Below are positions 1 through 9,409 of a stretch of 64,000 nucleotides of DNA, piece by piece (the stretch's first letter is position 1; each line of letters starts with the position of its first letter). The notes under the pieces are model-generated. The model ran no database searches and had not been told where the DNA came from. It saw nothing but the letters and a program-made list of their open reading frames with translations. The stretch is from Gemmatimonadota bacterium. Lineage in GTDB: Bacteria > Gemmatimonadota > Gemmatimonadetes > Longimicrobiales > Gaopeijiaceae. The stretch spans positions 69,547 through 133,546 of the forward strand of contig JBDHHQ010000005.1 in assembly GCA_039589315.1 (NCBI GenBank). Reading direction: 5' to 3'. A program made the translations under genes and the position numbers.

Positions 1-602
1 GGATCCGCGGCGCCGTTCTTGATGGCGGTGGAAACGACGCCGGCGCACAGCGGTTTCGTGAGAACGAGGCAGTCGCCGGGCCGGGCGCCCCGGTTGGTGA
101 CCAGCGCCTCGGGGTCCACTTCGCCTATGGCAACCATCCCGAACTTGGGCTCCGGATCGTCGATGGAGTGCCCGCCCAGGATGGGGATGCCGGCTTCACG
201 GGCCTTCTCCGACCCACCCCGGATGATCTCGCTGAGCAGGTCCCGATCCAGGTACTTTCTGGGGAAGCCGACCAGGTTCAATGCGAACAGAGGCCGAGCG
301 CCCATGGCGTAGAGGTCCGACAGGGCATTGGCCGCACCGATGCGGCCGAACGCGGCCGGATCGTCGACGATCGGCGTGAAGAAGTCGACCGTCACGACCA
401 GCGCTCGGCTCTCGTCCAACAGATAGACGGCTGCGTCGTCCCCCATGGATGCGTCCACGAGGGCTGCCGGGTCCTCGACCGGAAGAAGGTGACGCAGCAC
501 GTGCGCCAGCTCGGACATCCCGAGCTTACACGCTCACCCGGCGCCGTGGCTCAACTGCGTCAGCCGAATCGCGGGACGCTGGTCTCTTGGCTCGTGACTC
601 AT
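1..602 (-). CDS. selD: Selenide, water dikinase (selenophosphate synthetase), selenocysteine-containing; 3' end runs off the window
   Basis: Manual translation from ATG at 602 gives MSHEPRDQRPAIRLTQLSHGAG-(TGA)-ACKLG...DDAAVY...TVDFFTPIVDDP...AANALSDLYAMG...GGHSIDDPEPKFG...LTKPL. These are diagnostic SelD motifs, and the frame is open to the window edge. Confidence 0.95.
499..533 (-). promoter_or_regulatory. Putative bacterial SECIS hairpin immediately 3' of the selD UGA
   Basis: mRNA after UGA reads GCGUGU-A-AGCUCGG-GAUGU-CCGAGCU-GGC-GCACGU. This gives a perfect 7-bp upper stem with a G-containing apical loop and a 6-bp lower stem with GU pairs. Confidence 0.65.
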
Positions 603-717
603 CTCTGGACAGTGGAAGGAACGGACGGTCGGACCGGGGGTCCGATCTACCCCTCCGGCGCCGTGGCAGCCGGACGTGAGAACCTAGCATCCACCGGACG
701 CGGCAAACAGCGGAGAC

Positions 718-1584
718 ATGACCTCGCGCGTGACAGGATCGCGGGCCGATCTCCAGAAGGAGATGGGCCGATCGGAGTCCGAGGTGGACCTCGCCCGGGC
801 AGCCCTGCTGGTCGCCCGGGAGGAGTATCCCCAGCTTCCCGTCGACCGGTACCTGGGACGGCTCGACGAGCTTGCCGAGAGGGTCGTGGACAGGCTCGCA
901 AACGAGCAGGCGCCGATGCTCGTCCTGAACGAGTTGGTGCGCACGCTCTACGGGAGCGAGGGCTTTCGCGGGAATCAGGATGCCTACTACGACCCGAGGA
1001 ACTCGTTTCTGAACGACGTGCTCGATCGCCGGGTGGGAATACCACTGACGCTGGCCATCACGGTGCTCGAAGTGGGTTGGCGCCTCGATCTCCCCCTGGA
1101 AGGAGTGAGCTTTCCGCGGCACTTCATGGTGCGCTTCAAGGGAGAGGGCGTGAACCTCCTGCTCGATCCCTTCGAGGCCGGCGAGCTGCGTTTCGAGGAC
1201 CAGGCGCAGGAGCTACTGGACCGGGTTTACGGCGGCACCATTCGCATGCGGCCGTCCTTCCTGAGGGTGGCCAGCAAGCGGCACATGCTGGTGCGCATGT
1301 TGACCAACCTGAAGGGCATCTACCTCAATGCCCACGACGACGTCCGGGCGCTCGCGGCGGTGGAACGTGTCATGCTCCTGTCTCCCGAGGTGGGCGACGA
1401 GAATCGGGACCGAGGAATCCTCCTGGCCCGAATGGGCCGCAGGGAGGAAGCCCTGGAGGAGCTCGAGCGCTATCTGGATCACACGCCGGACGCGCCGGAC
1501 GCAGGACGCATCGGCGGAGTCATCGAGGGGTTGAGAAGAGGGGACGACACTGCCGGATTCGACGGGGAGGGCGATGGTGAGTGA
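718..1584 (+). CDS. SirB1/YchA-family transglutaminase-like protein with C-terminal TPR
   Basis: Motifs GFRGNQDAYYDPRNSFLNDVLDRRVGIPLTL, GVSFPRHF and RDRGILLARMG; GGAG RBS upstream. Confidence 0.85.
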   Translation: MTSRVTGSRADLQKEMGRSESEVDLARAALLVAREEYPQLPVDRYLGRLDELAERVVDRLANEQAPMLVLNELVRTLYGSEGFRGNQDAYYDPRNSFLNDVLDRRVGIPLTLAITVLEVGWRLDLPLEGVSFPRHFMVRFKGEGVNLLLDPFEAGELRFEDQAQELLDRVYGGTIRMRPSFLRVASKRHMLVRMLTNLKGIYLNAHDDVRALAAVERVMLLSPEVGDENRDRGILLARMGRREEALEELERYLDHTPDAPDAGRIGGVIEGLRRGDDTAGFDGEGDGE

Positions 1585-2743
1585 TGGCGATCGGGGGATC
1601 ATCCTGATCGAGGAGCACCGTGTGGAGGGGGCGGTCTTCGGTCCCGAGGGTGAGAGCACTCCTCCTCGGCATTACGGGGATCCTGCCGCCGAGTATGCGG
1701 CTGCCACCTCGGCCGCGGTGGTCGTGGATCGGTCCGAGCGCGGGCGCTTCCACGTCACCGGCCGTGCGCCGTCCCAGATGCTGGAGGGCATCCTCACGGC
1801 CCGCGTGCCTGCCGCGCCGGCGACCCAGAGCCACGGGGGCGCCGTTGGCCAGGGCGCCTATTCGGCCGTGCTCACCCCGAAGGGGCGCATGATCACAGAC
1901 CTGAGGGTGCTAGCCGTGGGCGGTGCGGGCGAGAGCCTACTCCTCGACGTGCCCGCGCCGGGCGTCCATCCGCTCGTGGCCCATCTGCGACGGTCGCTGC
2001 CCCCGCGCCTGGCCCGGCTGGAGGACGTGTCGGCCGCCTCCGCCATGGTGACGGTGGTGGGACCCGCCGCCCCCGAGGCCGTGGCCGCCGCCGGGAGGGG
2101 TCTGCTGCCTGGTGCGGATCCGGCCGCTGTGATCGAGGCCCTGAATGCACTCGGAGACCTCGCCTACCTGTGGAGCGGGGCCTCGGGCACCTGGGTAGTC
2201 GTCGTGGGCGCTGCCCACGGCGGAATGGCCGCCCTGGACATCCTCGGTGATGCCGACACGGTCCGGGCGTGGTGGCGGGGCCTCTTGGCTGCGGCCGTCA
2301 GGCCGGCCGGCCAGGGCGTCTTCGAGACGCTCCGGGTCGAGGGCGGCCAGCCGGCGTTCGGGGTCGACATGGACGAGGACACGCTCCCGCCCGAGGCCGG
2401 CATTCAGGACCAGGCCATCGACCACCGGAAGGGCTGCTACACAGGGCAGGAGGTCATCGTCCGCATCCGCGACCGCGGACACGTGAACCGGCGCCTTCGT
2501 GGCTTGCTCTTCGGCGACGTGCCCACGCCGGCGGCCGGGACGCCCCTCTTCCAGGTGGAACAGGACCGCGCGAGAGGCCACGTGACCAGCGCCGTCTCCA
2601 GCCCTCGGCTCGGCCAGGTGATCGGGATGGGCTACGTACGCCGAGAGCTCGAGCCTCCGACCGAAGTGCGGCTGGGTTCGCCGGACGGCCCTTCGGTGGC
2701 CGTCCGAAGTCTCGACAGCGGCTGGGGGCCTCCACCGGGCTGA
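1577..2743 (+). CDS. YgfZ/GcvT-like folate-binding aminomethyltransferase family protein
   Basis: YgfZ signature KGCYTGQEVIVR plus LTPKGRMITD; overlaps the upstream stop. Confidence 0.85.
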   Translation: MSDGDRGIILIEEHRVEGAVFGPEGESTPPRHYGDPAAEYAAATSAAVVVDRSERGRFHVTGRAPSQMLEGILTARVPAAPATQSHGGAVGQGAYSAVLTPKGRMITDLRVLAVGGAGESLLLDVPAPGVHPLVAHLRRSLPPRLARLEDVSAASAMVTVVGPAAPEAVAAAGRGLLPGADPAAVIEALNALGDLAYLWSGASGTWVVVVGAAHGGMAALDILGDADTVRAWWRGLLAAAVRPAGQGVFETLRVEGGQPAFGVDMDEDTLPPEAGIQDQAIDHRKGCYTGQEVIVRIRDRGHVNRRLRGLLFGDVPTPAAGTPLFQVEQDRARGHVTSAVSSPRLGQVIGMGYVRRELEPPTEVRLGSPDGPSVAVRSLDSGWGPPPG

Positions 2744-2805
2744 CCTCGGCAGGTCCGGCCTCTCGCGGCCACACCCCAACGCCATCGGACCCAAGCGGCG
2801 CGGCG

Positions 2806-3819
2806 CTAGACCTCTCGGGTGATCTCCTCCGCCCGGGTCCTCGCCATCAGCGCCTCGACGATGAGGCCGCCGTGGTGCTTGCCGTTCTCGATGAAGATCT
2901 TGTTCGCGTTGTCGCCGGCGGCCAGCACGCCGGCGATGTAGACACCGGCCACGTCCGTTTCCATGGTGGAGACGTCATGGGTGGGTATCCCGGTCTCCTC
3001 GTCGATGCTCACACCGAGGCTCCGGAGGAGGTGCGGGTCCGAGCGCCAGCCCGTCATGGCCAGGACGAAGTCGTTCTTGACCTCTCGCGACCCGCCCGTG
3101 TCCTCGTTCCGGATGACCACCGATCCCGGCCGGACTTCGGTGACCCGGCTCTTCCAGTAGACGGGGATCTCACCGCGCTCGAGGCGGTTGGTGATGTCCG
3201 GCACCACCCACGGCTTGACGCCCCTGTCGACGGTGTCCAGGAAGTGCACCACGGAGACTCGCGCTCCAGATCGATACAGCTCCAGGGCCGCTTCGACCGC
3301 GGAGTTGCCCGCGCCGACGATCAGCACGTCCTGATCGAAGTAGGGGTAGGGCTCCGTGTAGTAGTGGTGGACCTTGGGCAGGTCCTCGCCGGGCACGTCC
3401 AGGTAGTTGGGCTGGAAGAAGCTGCCGGTGGCCACGACCACGGCCCCGGCCTCGGTCACCCGCTCTCGGCCGTCGGCCCTCCGCGACCGCAGCGTGAAGC
3501 TTCCCTCGTGGCCGGTGACGCTCACGACTTCCTCGTACTGGCGGACCTCCAGCTGCCACTCCTTGACGACACGGCGGTAGTAGGCCAGTGCCTCTCTCCG
3601 CGTGGGCTTCGGCTCCGCGATCGTGAAGGGTACGCCCGAGATCTCCAGCTTCTCCGCGGTGCTGAAGAACGTCATGTAGTAGGGATAGCCGACGAGGGAC
3701 TGGGTCACGCACCCCTTGTCGAAGAGGACGGTCTGCATCCCGGCGGCACGGGCGGCCGCGCCGGCCGAGATACCGCAGGGCCCGGCCCCGATCACGGCGA
3801 TGTCCACTCTATTCGGCAC
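2806..3819 (-). CDS. YpdA-family FAD/NADPH disulfide reductase (putative bacillithiol disulfide reductase)
   Basis: Motifs IGAGPCG, YPYYMTFFSTAEKLEI, KPTRREALAYY, GAGNSA and IFIENGKHH. Start trimmed to GTG 3819, which follows an AGGA RBS. Confidence 0.8.
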   Translation of the reverse strand: MPNRVDIAVIGAGPCGISAGAAARAAGMQTVLFDKGCVTQSLVGYPYYMTFFSTAEKLEISGVPFTIAEPKPTRREALAYYRRVVKEWQLEVRQYEEVVSVTGHEGSFTLRSRRADGRERVTEAGAVVVATGSFFQPNYLDVPGEDLPKVHHYYTEPYPYFDQDVLIVGAGNSAVEAALELYRSGARVSVVHFLDTVDRGVKPWVVPDITNRLERGEIPVYWKSRVTEVRPGSVVIRNEDTGGSREVKNDFVLAMTGWRSDPHLLRSLGVSIDEETGIPTHDVSTMETDVAGVYIAGVLAAGDNANKIFIENGKHHGGLIVEALMARTRAEEITREV

Positions 3820-4108
3820 TCGGTGATTCCTGACGCTCGGTTCGACCCGGGAGAGCGGCCCGAGCCCGACGACTCGCGGTCCGCACCCCGGCGCGCCCCG
3901 GGGGGCGCCGGTGCTCGATCTCCTGCGGGTCGCGCGGTGCACCCATCGCTGACCGCAGGGCCTCCAAAGGTAAGAGAAGGTGGACTCACGGCCAGCGCCC
4001 CCGGCCTGGGGTCCCATTGCCGGGGCCCGGCGGGCTCCGTCATCTTCGGAGTCGTCCGGGGCGGGTCCGCTCCGGTCCGACGAGGCAACCCCCACGGCCA
4101 GGCCTTCG

Positions 4109-4387
4109 ATGTCACGCACCGAGTCGCCGGAGAAGGAAGCGCGCAGATCCTTGAACCGACTCCGCAGATCCCTGGAGAAGAGCCTGCGAGAGATGGACGC
4201 CCTGGACGGAGCCATCCGCTCGGCGGAGGGGGCCGATTTCCCATCGGCCGCCTACGACGAGGCCCGGGGCTACGTGGACCGTCTCCTGTCCTTCCTGGAC
4301 GACGAGGAACGTCGACTCCGAGACAAGGTCCTGGCCGCCGGCGGTCTGGAGCCGGGTCGAATCCGTCGGGCGTCGACGCTGGAATAG
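4109..4387 (+). CDS. Small helical hypothetical protein (92 aa)
   Basis: Charged, coiled-coil-like sequence with host codon bias; ends 3 nt before the next gene. Confidence 0.6.
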   Translation: MSRTESPEKEARRSLNRLRRSLEKSLREMDALDGAIRSAEGADFPSAAYDEARGYVDRLLSFLDDEERRLRDKVLAAGGLEPGRIRRASTLE

Positions 4388-4390
4388 GCA

Positions 4391-6085
4391 GTGGATAGGC
4401 GGACCTTCATCGGTGCGGGTGCGATCGTCAGTAGTGCCTCGTTGTTGGGGGCCCGGCGAGCCGGTACGTGGGAGTTGGGCGTGGCGCACGCGCCGGACCT
4501 GGTGCTCCGAGGCGGCGCAGTGATCGACGGCACGGGTTCGCCGGCCCGGGAGGCCGACGTGGCGGTCACGGGGGATCGGATCACGGCGGTCGGGCGGGTG
4601 ACGGAGTCCGGGGCGGAAGAGATCGACGTGAGGGGACTGGCCCTGGCGCCAGGCTTCATCGACATCCACTCCCACGCCGACCTGTCGCTCCTGGTGAATC
4701 CCCGCGCCGAGAGCCGCGTGCGCCAGGGGGTGACCACCGAAGTGGTTGGGCAGGACGGGAGCTCGGTGGGGCCCTGGTCTAACGACGCGTTCGAGTCCAC
4801 CCGTGACCGGTACCGCGACCGGTACGGCGTCACCATCGACTTCAGGGACCTTGGGGGATTCCTGGGCCGTCTCGAGCAGGACCCGCCGGCCGTGAATCTG
4901 GCCACTATGGTAGGGCACGGAACCGTCCGAGCCGCGGCGGTGGGAATGGAGGATCGGCCCGCCACCATCGCCGAGTCGGAGCACATGAGCCGGCTCGTCT
5001 CCGAGGCTCTGGCTCAGGGCGCGGTGGGTCTCTCCAGCGGGCTGGAGTACACCCCGGGCTCCTTCGCCCACCGGAGCGAGCTGGTGTCGTTGGCGGCCGT
5101 CATGGCGGGCACGGGCCTGCCCTACGCCTCCCACATGCGCAACGAGGACGACGAGCTCCTGGCGGCGGTGGAGGAGGCGCTACACGTAGGCCGACTCGCC
5201 GAGGTCCCGGTGCAGATCTCCCACCTCAAGGCACAGGGCCGTCGAAACTGGTGGAAGGCCCGTGTGGCCCTTGGCGCCATCGAGGCCGCACGCGCGAGCG
5301 GCGTCGATGTGCACTTCGACCGTTATCCCTACGTAGCCTACGCCACGGGACTGTCGAATCTGTTTCCCGCGAGCGCCCGCAGCGGCGGCGCGGCCGAGTT
5401 CCTGCGGCGTCTGCAGGACGCCGAGTCCCGGCCGTCTCTGGAGCGGTATTGCCGGGAAAAAGTGGAGCTGTTGGGCTCCTGGGACGCCGTACAGATCACC
5501 TCGACCCGGACCGGCCGAAACAAGTGGGCCGAAGGCCGGCGTCTCGGCGAGCTGGCCACCGAGCGTGGCGAAGACCCCTTCGAGATGGTCCGTTCGCTGC
5601 TCGTGGACGAGGAGGGCAGCGTCGGCATGATCGGCTTCGGGATGTCCGAGGAGAACACCGCCCGGATCCTGTCCCACCCCCTGGGAATGGTGTGCTCCGA
5701 CGGAGGCGCATACGCGCCCTACGGCGTCCTGTCCGAGTCATCTACACATCCGCGCGCCTACGGCGCTTTTCCGCGCCTGCTGGGCCGTTACGTGCGGGAG
5801 CGCGGTGACCTGAGTCTTGAGGATGCGGTCAGCAAGATCACCGCCATGCCGGCGGGGAAGCTCGGTCTCGCCGATCGGGGGCACGTCCGGGTGGGAGCAT
5901 TCGCCGACCTGCTCGCGTTCGATCCTTCTTCCGTCGCCGATCAGGCGACATTCACCGAGCCACACCGCTACGGGCTAGGCATCCCCCTCGTGGTGGTCAA
6001 CGGAGCGGTGACCATTCGGGACGGTGAGCAGACGGGTCGGTTGGCGGGGAGGCCTCTCCGGGGAAGCGCGTACCGGGCCCCGTGA
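4391..6085 (+). CDS. N-acyl-D-amino-acid deacylase (amidohydrolase) with Tat-like signal
   Basis: Motifs PGFIDIHSHAD, QGVTTEVVGQDG, YASHMRNE, SHLK and HPRAYGAFPR; N-terminal DRRTFI twin-arginine motif. Confidence 0.88.
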   Translation: MDRRTFIGAGAIVSSASLLGARRAGTWELGVAHAPDLVLRGGAVIDGTGSPAREADVAVTGDRITAVGRVTESGAEEIDVRGLALAPGFIDIHSHADLSLLVNPRAESRVRQGVTTEVVGQDGSSVGPWSNDAFESTRDRYRDRYGVTIDFRDLGGFLGRLEQDPPAVNLATMVGHGTVRAAAVGMEDRPATIAESEHMSRLVSEALAQGAVGLSSGLEYTPGSFAHRSELVSLAAVMAGTGLPYASHMRNEDDELLAAVEEALHVGRLAEVPVQISHLKAQGRRNWWKARVALGAIEAARASGVDVHFDRYPYVAYATGLSNLFPASARSGGAAEFLRRLQDAESRPSLERYCREKVELLGSWDAVQITSTRTGRNKWAEGRRLGELATERGEDPFEMVRSLLVDEEGSVGMIGFGMSEENTARILSHPLGMVCSDGGAYAPYGVLSESSTHPRAYGAFPRLLGRYVRERGDLSLEDAVSKITAMPAGKLGLADRGHVRVGAFADLLAFDPSSVADQATFTEPHRYGLGIPLVVVNGAVTIRDGEQTGRLAGRPLRGSAYRAP

Positions 6086-7251
6086 GCTTCGTGGATACGG
6101 ACCCCGCCGAGTCACCGGGCCGAGGGGGGGACTACACCGCCATCGCCGCCGAGCTGGCGGCGAGGTTCACCCGCGGGGTGGCCGCTCCGCTGGAGGCCCC
6201 CGTATTCGACGGCCTGGCCCGCCGGGTTGCCGGCTATCAGTTCGAGCACTGCGCTCCCTACCGCGCCTACTGTCAGGCGAGGGGAGTCCGGCCCTACGCG
6301 GCGGAGAGCTGGACGGACGTTCCGGCCGTGCCGGCCGCGGCGTTCAAGGTCCTCGACCTGATCTCCCACCCGCCGGGCGCTTCGTCAGCGGTATTCCGCA
6401 CCAGTGGCACGACGGCCGCGGGGACCACTCGGGGCGTGCATCACGTGCCCGATCTCGACCTCTATCACGGGTCGCTCCTCCCCAGCTTCAGGGCTCACCT
6501 GCTGCCGGAAGGCGGCCGCATGCCAATCCTCTCGCTGGTGCCCAGCACCTCGGCGCAGCCGGACTCGTCTCTGAGTCACATGATGGCGGTGGTAACGGAG
6601 AGGTGCGGTGCTCCCGGAAGTGGCAGCTTCCTGGGCCCCTCGGGTGCGTTGGACGTGGGGGGCGTCGTCGCCGCGGCCACCGACGCGTCGAAGACGGGCA
6701 CGCCGGTGCTTGTAGCCGGCACCGCCTTCGCCTTCGTTCACCTGATCGACGCCTTGGACGAGTCCTCTACGACGCTCACCCTCCCCGAGGGCTCCAGAGT
6801 CATGGAGACCGGTGGCTTCAAAGGGCGATCGCGGGAGCTGACCAGGTCCGGCCTGTACCAGGGCATCGCCCGCGTTCTAGGCGTCACCGAGAGGTGGATC
6901 GTCAACGAGTACGGCATGACCGAGCTGCTGTCCCAGTTCTACGACGGGGTCGCCGGCGTCGCCGCCGCTGTCGAGGCCCCTGGGCCTCGGAGTGGACGCG
7001 TGCATCGCCCACCGCCGTGGATGCGCACCCGGGTCGTGGACCCCGTGTCGCTGGAACCCGTTGCCGAGGGCCAGCCCGGCCTGCTCGCTCACCTGGACCT
7101 GGCCAACCTGGGGTCGGTGTCGGCGGTGCTTACCGAGGACCTGGGCGTGAGGGAGGCAGGTGGCTTCCGGCTCCTGGGCCGGGCTCCCGGCGCAGAGCCC
7201 CGGGGCTGCTCGATCGCCATGGACGATCTACTCGCAGCGGTGGGACGGTGA
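6082..7251 (+). CDS. LuxE-like acyl-protein synthetase (ANL adenylating enzyme)
   Basis: Motifs VFRTSGTT, METGGFKGR, NEYGMTELLSQFY, DLANLGSVSAVLTEDLG and C-terminal GAEPRGCS (acyl-accepting Cys); GTGA overlap with the upstream gene. Confidence 0.85.
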   Translation: MSFVDTDPAESPGRGGDYTAIAAELAARFTRGVAAPLEAPVFDGLARRVAGYQFEHCAPYRAYCQARGVRPYAAESWTDVPAVPAAAFKVLDLISHPPGASSAVFRTSGTTAAGTTRGVHHVPDLDLYHGSLLPSFRAHLLPEGGRMPILSLVPSTSAQPDSSLSHMMAVVTERCGAPGSGSFLGPSGALDVGGVVAAATDASKTGTPVLVAGTAFAFVHLIDALDESSTTLTLPEGSRVMETGGFKGRSRELTRSGLYQGIARVLGVTERWIVNEYGMTELLSQFYDGVAGVAAAVEAPGPRSGRVHRPPPWMRTRVVDPVSLEPVAEGQPGLLAHLDLANLGSVSAVLTEDLGVREAGGFRLLGRAPGAEPRGCSIAMDDLLAAVGR

Positions 7252-8654
7252 GCGCAAGCCGCGCCCCCTACCTCGATGGTTGGGTGCTGCCCGCCGGGGT
7301 GTCCGCCCCGGCGGGACCGCCTCGCACCGTCCCCTCGGAGGGTAGCGCCTGGATCCGCTGGATCGAGCCTTCGGCGGAGCTTCTGGACGACGTGGCTGAC
7401 GCCCTCCGCATGGGTCAGCAGGCACTCGCACGCCGGCCGTGGCGGGAGATCGCCCGGGTGGTGGGGCGCGTGGCCGAGCGCCTGCTGGACCCCGAGGACG
7501 ACCTGCGCACCGGCGCACTGGGATCTCTGACCGACTCTTCCGGCCTGTCCCGCGAGATGGCGACGCTGGTGCTGGAGGGCATGGCGGGGGACTGGCGTGC
7601 GGATCGGCTGACCCGGGCGGTGGAGGCAGAACCTCCGCTGGCAGACGCGTTGGACGGCTTCACAGGTGGCCTCCCACGCCTGCGGGCACGCGGGTATCCG
7701 CTGACGCTCCACATCGGTGCCGGGACCGTGCCGGGCGTCACCGCGACGTCGGTGATCCGGGCGCTCTTGGTGAAGTCGGCGGCCTGGGCGAAGCCCGGCC
7801 TGGGCGATGTGGCCCTGACCACGGCGCTGGCCCGTGGGCTGGCCGGTGTGGACCAGGAGGTGGCGGCGTCCGTCGCAGTGACGTATTGGCCCGGCCACGA
7901 CACCCCTGTCGCGGTGCTCGCCAGACCCGATCTGGTGGTCGCCTACGGCGGAGCCGACACCGTATCCAGCTTGCGGAGCGGGCTGCCGGTCACCACCCCT
8001 CTGGTGGCGTATCATCACCGCCTGAGCTTCGGCGCGGTGGCGCGGGAGGCGCTGAGCGCCGCGGATGCCGGGCGGGCGGCCGAGGCGGTGGCCATGGCCG
8101 CAGCGGTCTTCGACCAGCGGGGCTGCGTCTCTCCCCACCTGATCTTCGCCGAGGTCGGTGGTGAGGTGGATCCCCGGGCATGGGCCGCCCGGTTGGCGGA
8201 GGCTTGCGCTCGAGTCGGTCGGTCGTTGCCGCTGGGGAGGTGGACGGTCGGCGAAGCCTCCGCGGTGCAGCAGCTGAGGGGTGCCATGGAGATGAAGGCG
8301 GCCGTGGACCCGTCGGTGTCCGTCGCGACGGGCGAGGACCTGGCATGGACAGTCGTCGTGGACCCCGACGCCTCGGCCGAGTCGCCATGCGCGGGGAGGA
8401 CGGTGCGGATTCGCCCCGTGGAAGACCTGGCCCGGATCCCCTCGCTCCTGGCGCGCCTCGCGCCGGTGCTCCAGACGATGGGCTTCGCGGGTCCCGGCGA
8501 CCGGGCCGCGGAGCTGGCCGAGGTCCTGTCGGCCGTGGGGGTGACCCGGGTCTGCTCGTTCGAGGGCCAACCGTTTCCCCCGCCGTGGTGGAAGCACGAC
8601 GGGAAGAGTCCGTTCGCCTCGCTGGTGCGGTGGACGGAGCTGGATGTGGGCTGA
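7248..8654 (+). CDS. LuxC-like acyl-CoA reductase (ALDH superfamily)
   Basis: Motifs HIGAGTVPG, RALLVKS, VVAYGG, catalytic FDQRGCVSPH and WKHDG; GTG start overlaps the luxE stop (GTGA). Confidence 0.85.
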   Translation: MSASRAPYLDGWVLPAGVSAPAGPPRTVPSEGSAWIRWIEPSAELLDDVADALRMGQQALARRPWREIARVVGRVAERLLDPEDDLRTGALGSLTDSSGLSREMATLVLEGMAGDWRADRLTRAVEAEPPLADALDGFTGGLPRLRARGYPLTLHIGAGTVPGVTATSVIRALLVKSAAWAKPGLGDVALTTALARGLAGVDQEVAASVAVTYWPGHDTPVAVLARPDLVVAYGGADTVSSLRSGLPVTTPLVAYHHRLSFGAVAREALSAADAGRAAEAVAMAAAVFDQRGCVSPHLIFAEVGGEVDPRAWAARLAEACARVGRSLPLGRWTVGEASAVQQLRGAMEMKAAVDPSVSVATGEDLAWTVVVDPDASAESPCAGRTVRIRPVEDLARIPSLLARLAPVLQTMGFAGPGDRAAELAEVLSAVGVTRVCSFEGQPFPPPWWKHDGKSPFASLVRWTELDVG

Positions 8655-8680
8655 CGGCCGCAGCGTACGTCGTCGGGGTG

Positions 8681-9190
8681 TCAGGACAGCGTGCGGCGCA
8701 GGGCCTCGGCTTGCTCGGGAAGGAAGCCGTAGAGTACCACCGTTTCGATGGTGTCGGGGCGCTCGCGGGTGAACCGCCTGATCTCGCTCACCATGATCCG
8801 CGCGGATTCGTCGAAAGGGAAGCCGCCAACGCCCGCGCCAAGCACAGGAAAGGCCAGGGAGCGGATGCCGTGCTCGACAGCGATGCGGAGCGATTCACGA
8901 GTGGCGGACTCGATCGTACCGGCGGAGGCCGGCTCGTCACCCATGGCGGCCGCATGAATCACGTAACGGGCGGGGAGATCTCCGCCTCCGGTCAGGGCGG
9001 CCTGGCCGACCAGGACCGGACCGTGCCGTCTCACGTACTCGTCACACTCTGCCTGGATGGTGCCGCCGCCCCGCCGCAAGATGGCGCCAGCGACGCCCGC
9101 CCCGAGGATCAGATGATTGTTGGCGGCGTTGACGACCGCATCGCCGCCGAACGCGGAGATATCACCTTCCTCGACGCGAATCAGAGTCAC
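8681..9190 (-). CDS. Macro domain protein (MacroD-type ADP-ribose binding/hydrolase)
   Basis: Motifs [31 protein letters not shown] and [15 protein letters not shown]. Confidence 0.9.
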   Translation of the reverse strand: MTLIRVEEGDISAFGGDAVVNAANNHLILGAGVAGAILRRGGGTIQAECDEYVRRHGPVLVGQAALTGGGDLPARYVIHAAAMGDEPASAGTIESATRESLRIAVEHGIRSLAFPVLGAGVGGFPFDESARIMVSEIRRFTRERPDTIETVVLYGFLPEQAEALRRTLS

Positions 9191-9211
9191 GGCGACCTTC
9201 CGGCGTGCGTC

Positions 9212-9409
9212 CTACTCGTCTTCGCCGGGCTGGGGGTCGGCCCGCCACAGGACCATGTGGCGATTCCCCTGTGGCGTCTCCTCGATCCGAACAGTGAGGG
9301 AATCGCCTTCGTCGATGCCCAGATCGTCCCGCATGTCCTGAGGAATCGTGATCCTTCCGCCGACGCCGACGGTAACATCCCCATAGTACAGCGTCCGGTA
9401 GATGGCCAT
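9212..9409 (-). CDS. AbrB/MazE/SpoVT-family DNA-binding protein
   Basis: GRITIPQDMRDDLGIDEGD swapped-hairpin motif; strong GAGGAGG RBS. Confidence 0.8.
   Translation of the reverse strand: MAIYRTLYYGDVTVGVGGRITIPQDMRDDLGIDEGDSLTVRIEETPQGNRHMVLWRADPQPGEDE

Noticed and set aside
1577..2743. Calling this gene gcvT
   Set aside because: It carries the YgfZ KGCYxGQE signature and is remote from gcvHP.
168..4398. Long alternative ORFs (168..1580 +, 2269..4398 +) and similar antisense ORFs across the window, e.g. 15819..18227 - and 28959..30683 -
   Set aside because: They are shadow or antisense frames of well-supported genes, have no motifs, and reflect stop-codon scarcity in high-GC DNA.
6024..7247. 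876-aa ORF suggesting a long N-terminal extension of LuxC or a LuxE-LuxC frameshift fusion
   Set aside because: The extension is an Arg/Gly/Pro-rich shadow frame over luxE, which is expected at this GC content. A clean GTGA-coupled start exists at 7248, and I saw no slippery site.
6082..8654. Bioluminescence operon
   Set aside because: No luxA, luxB, luxD or luxG in the window.
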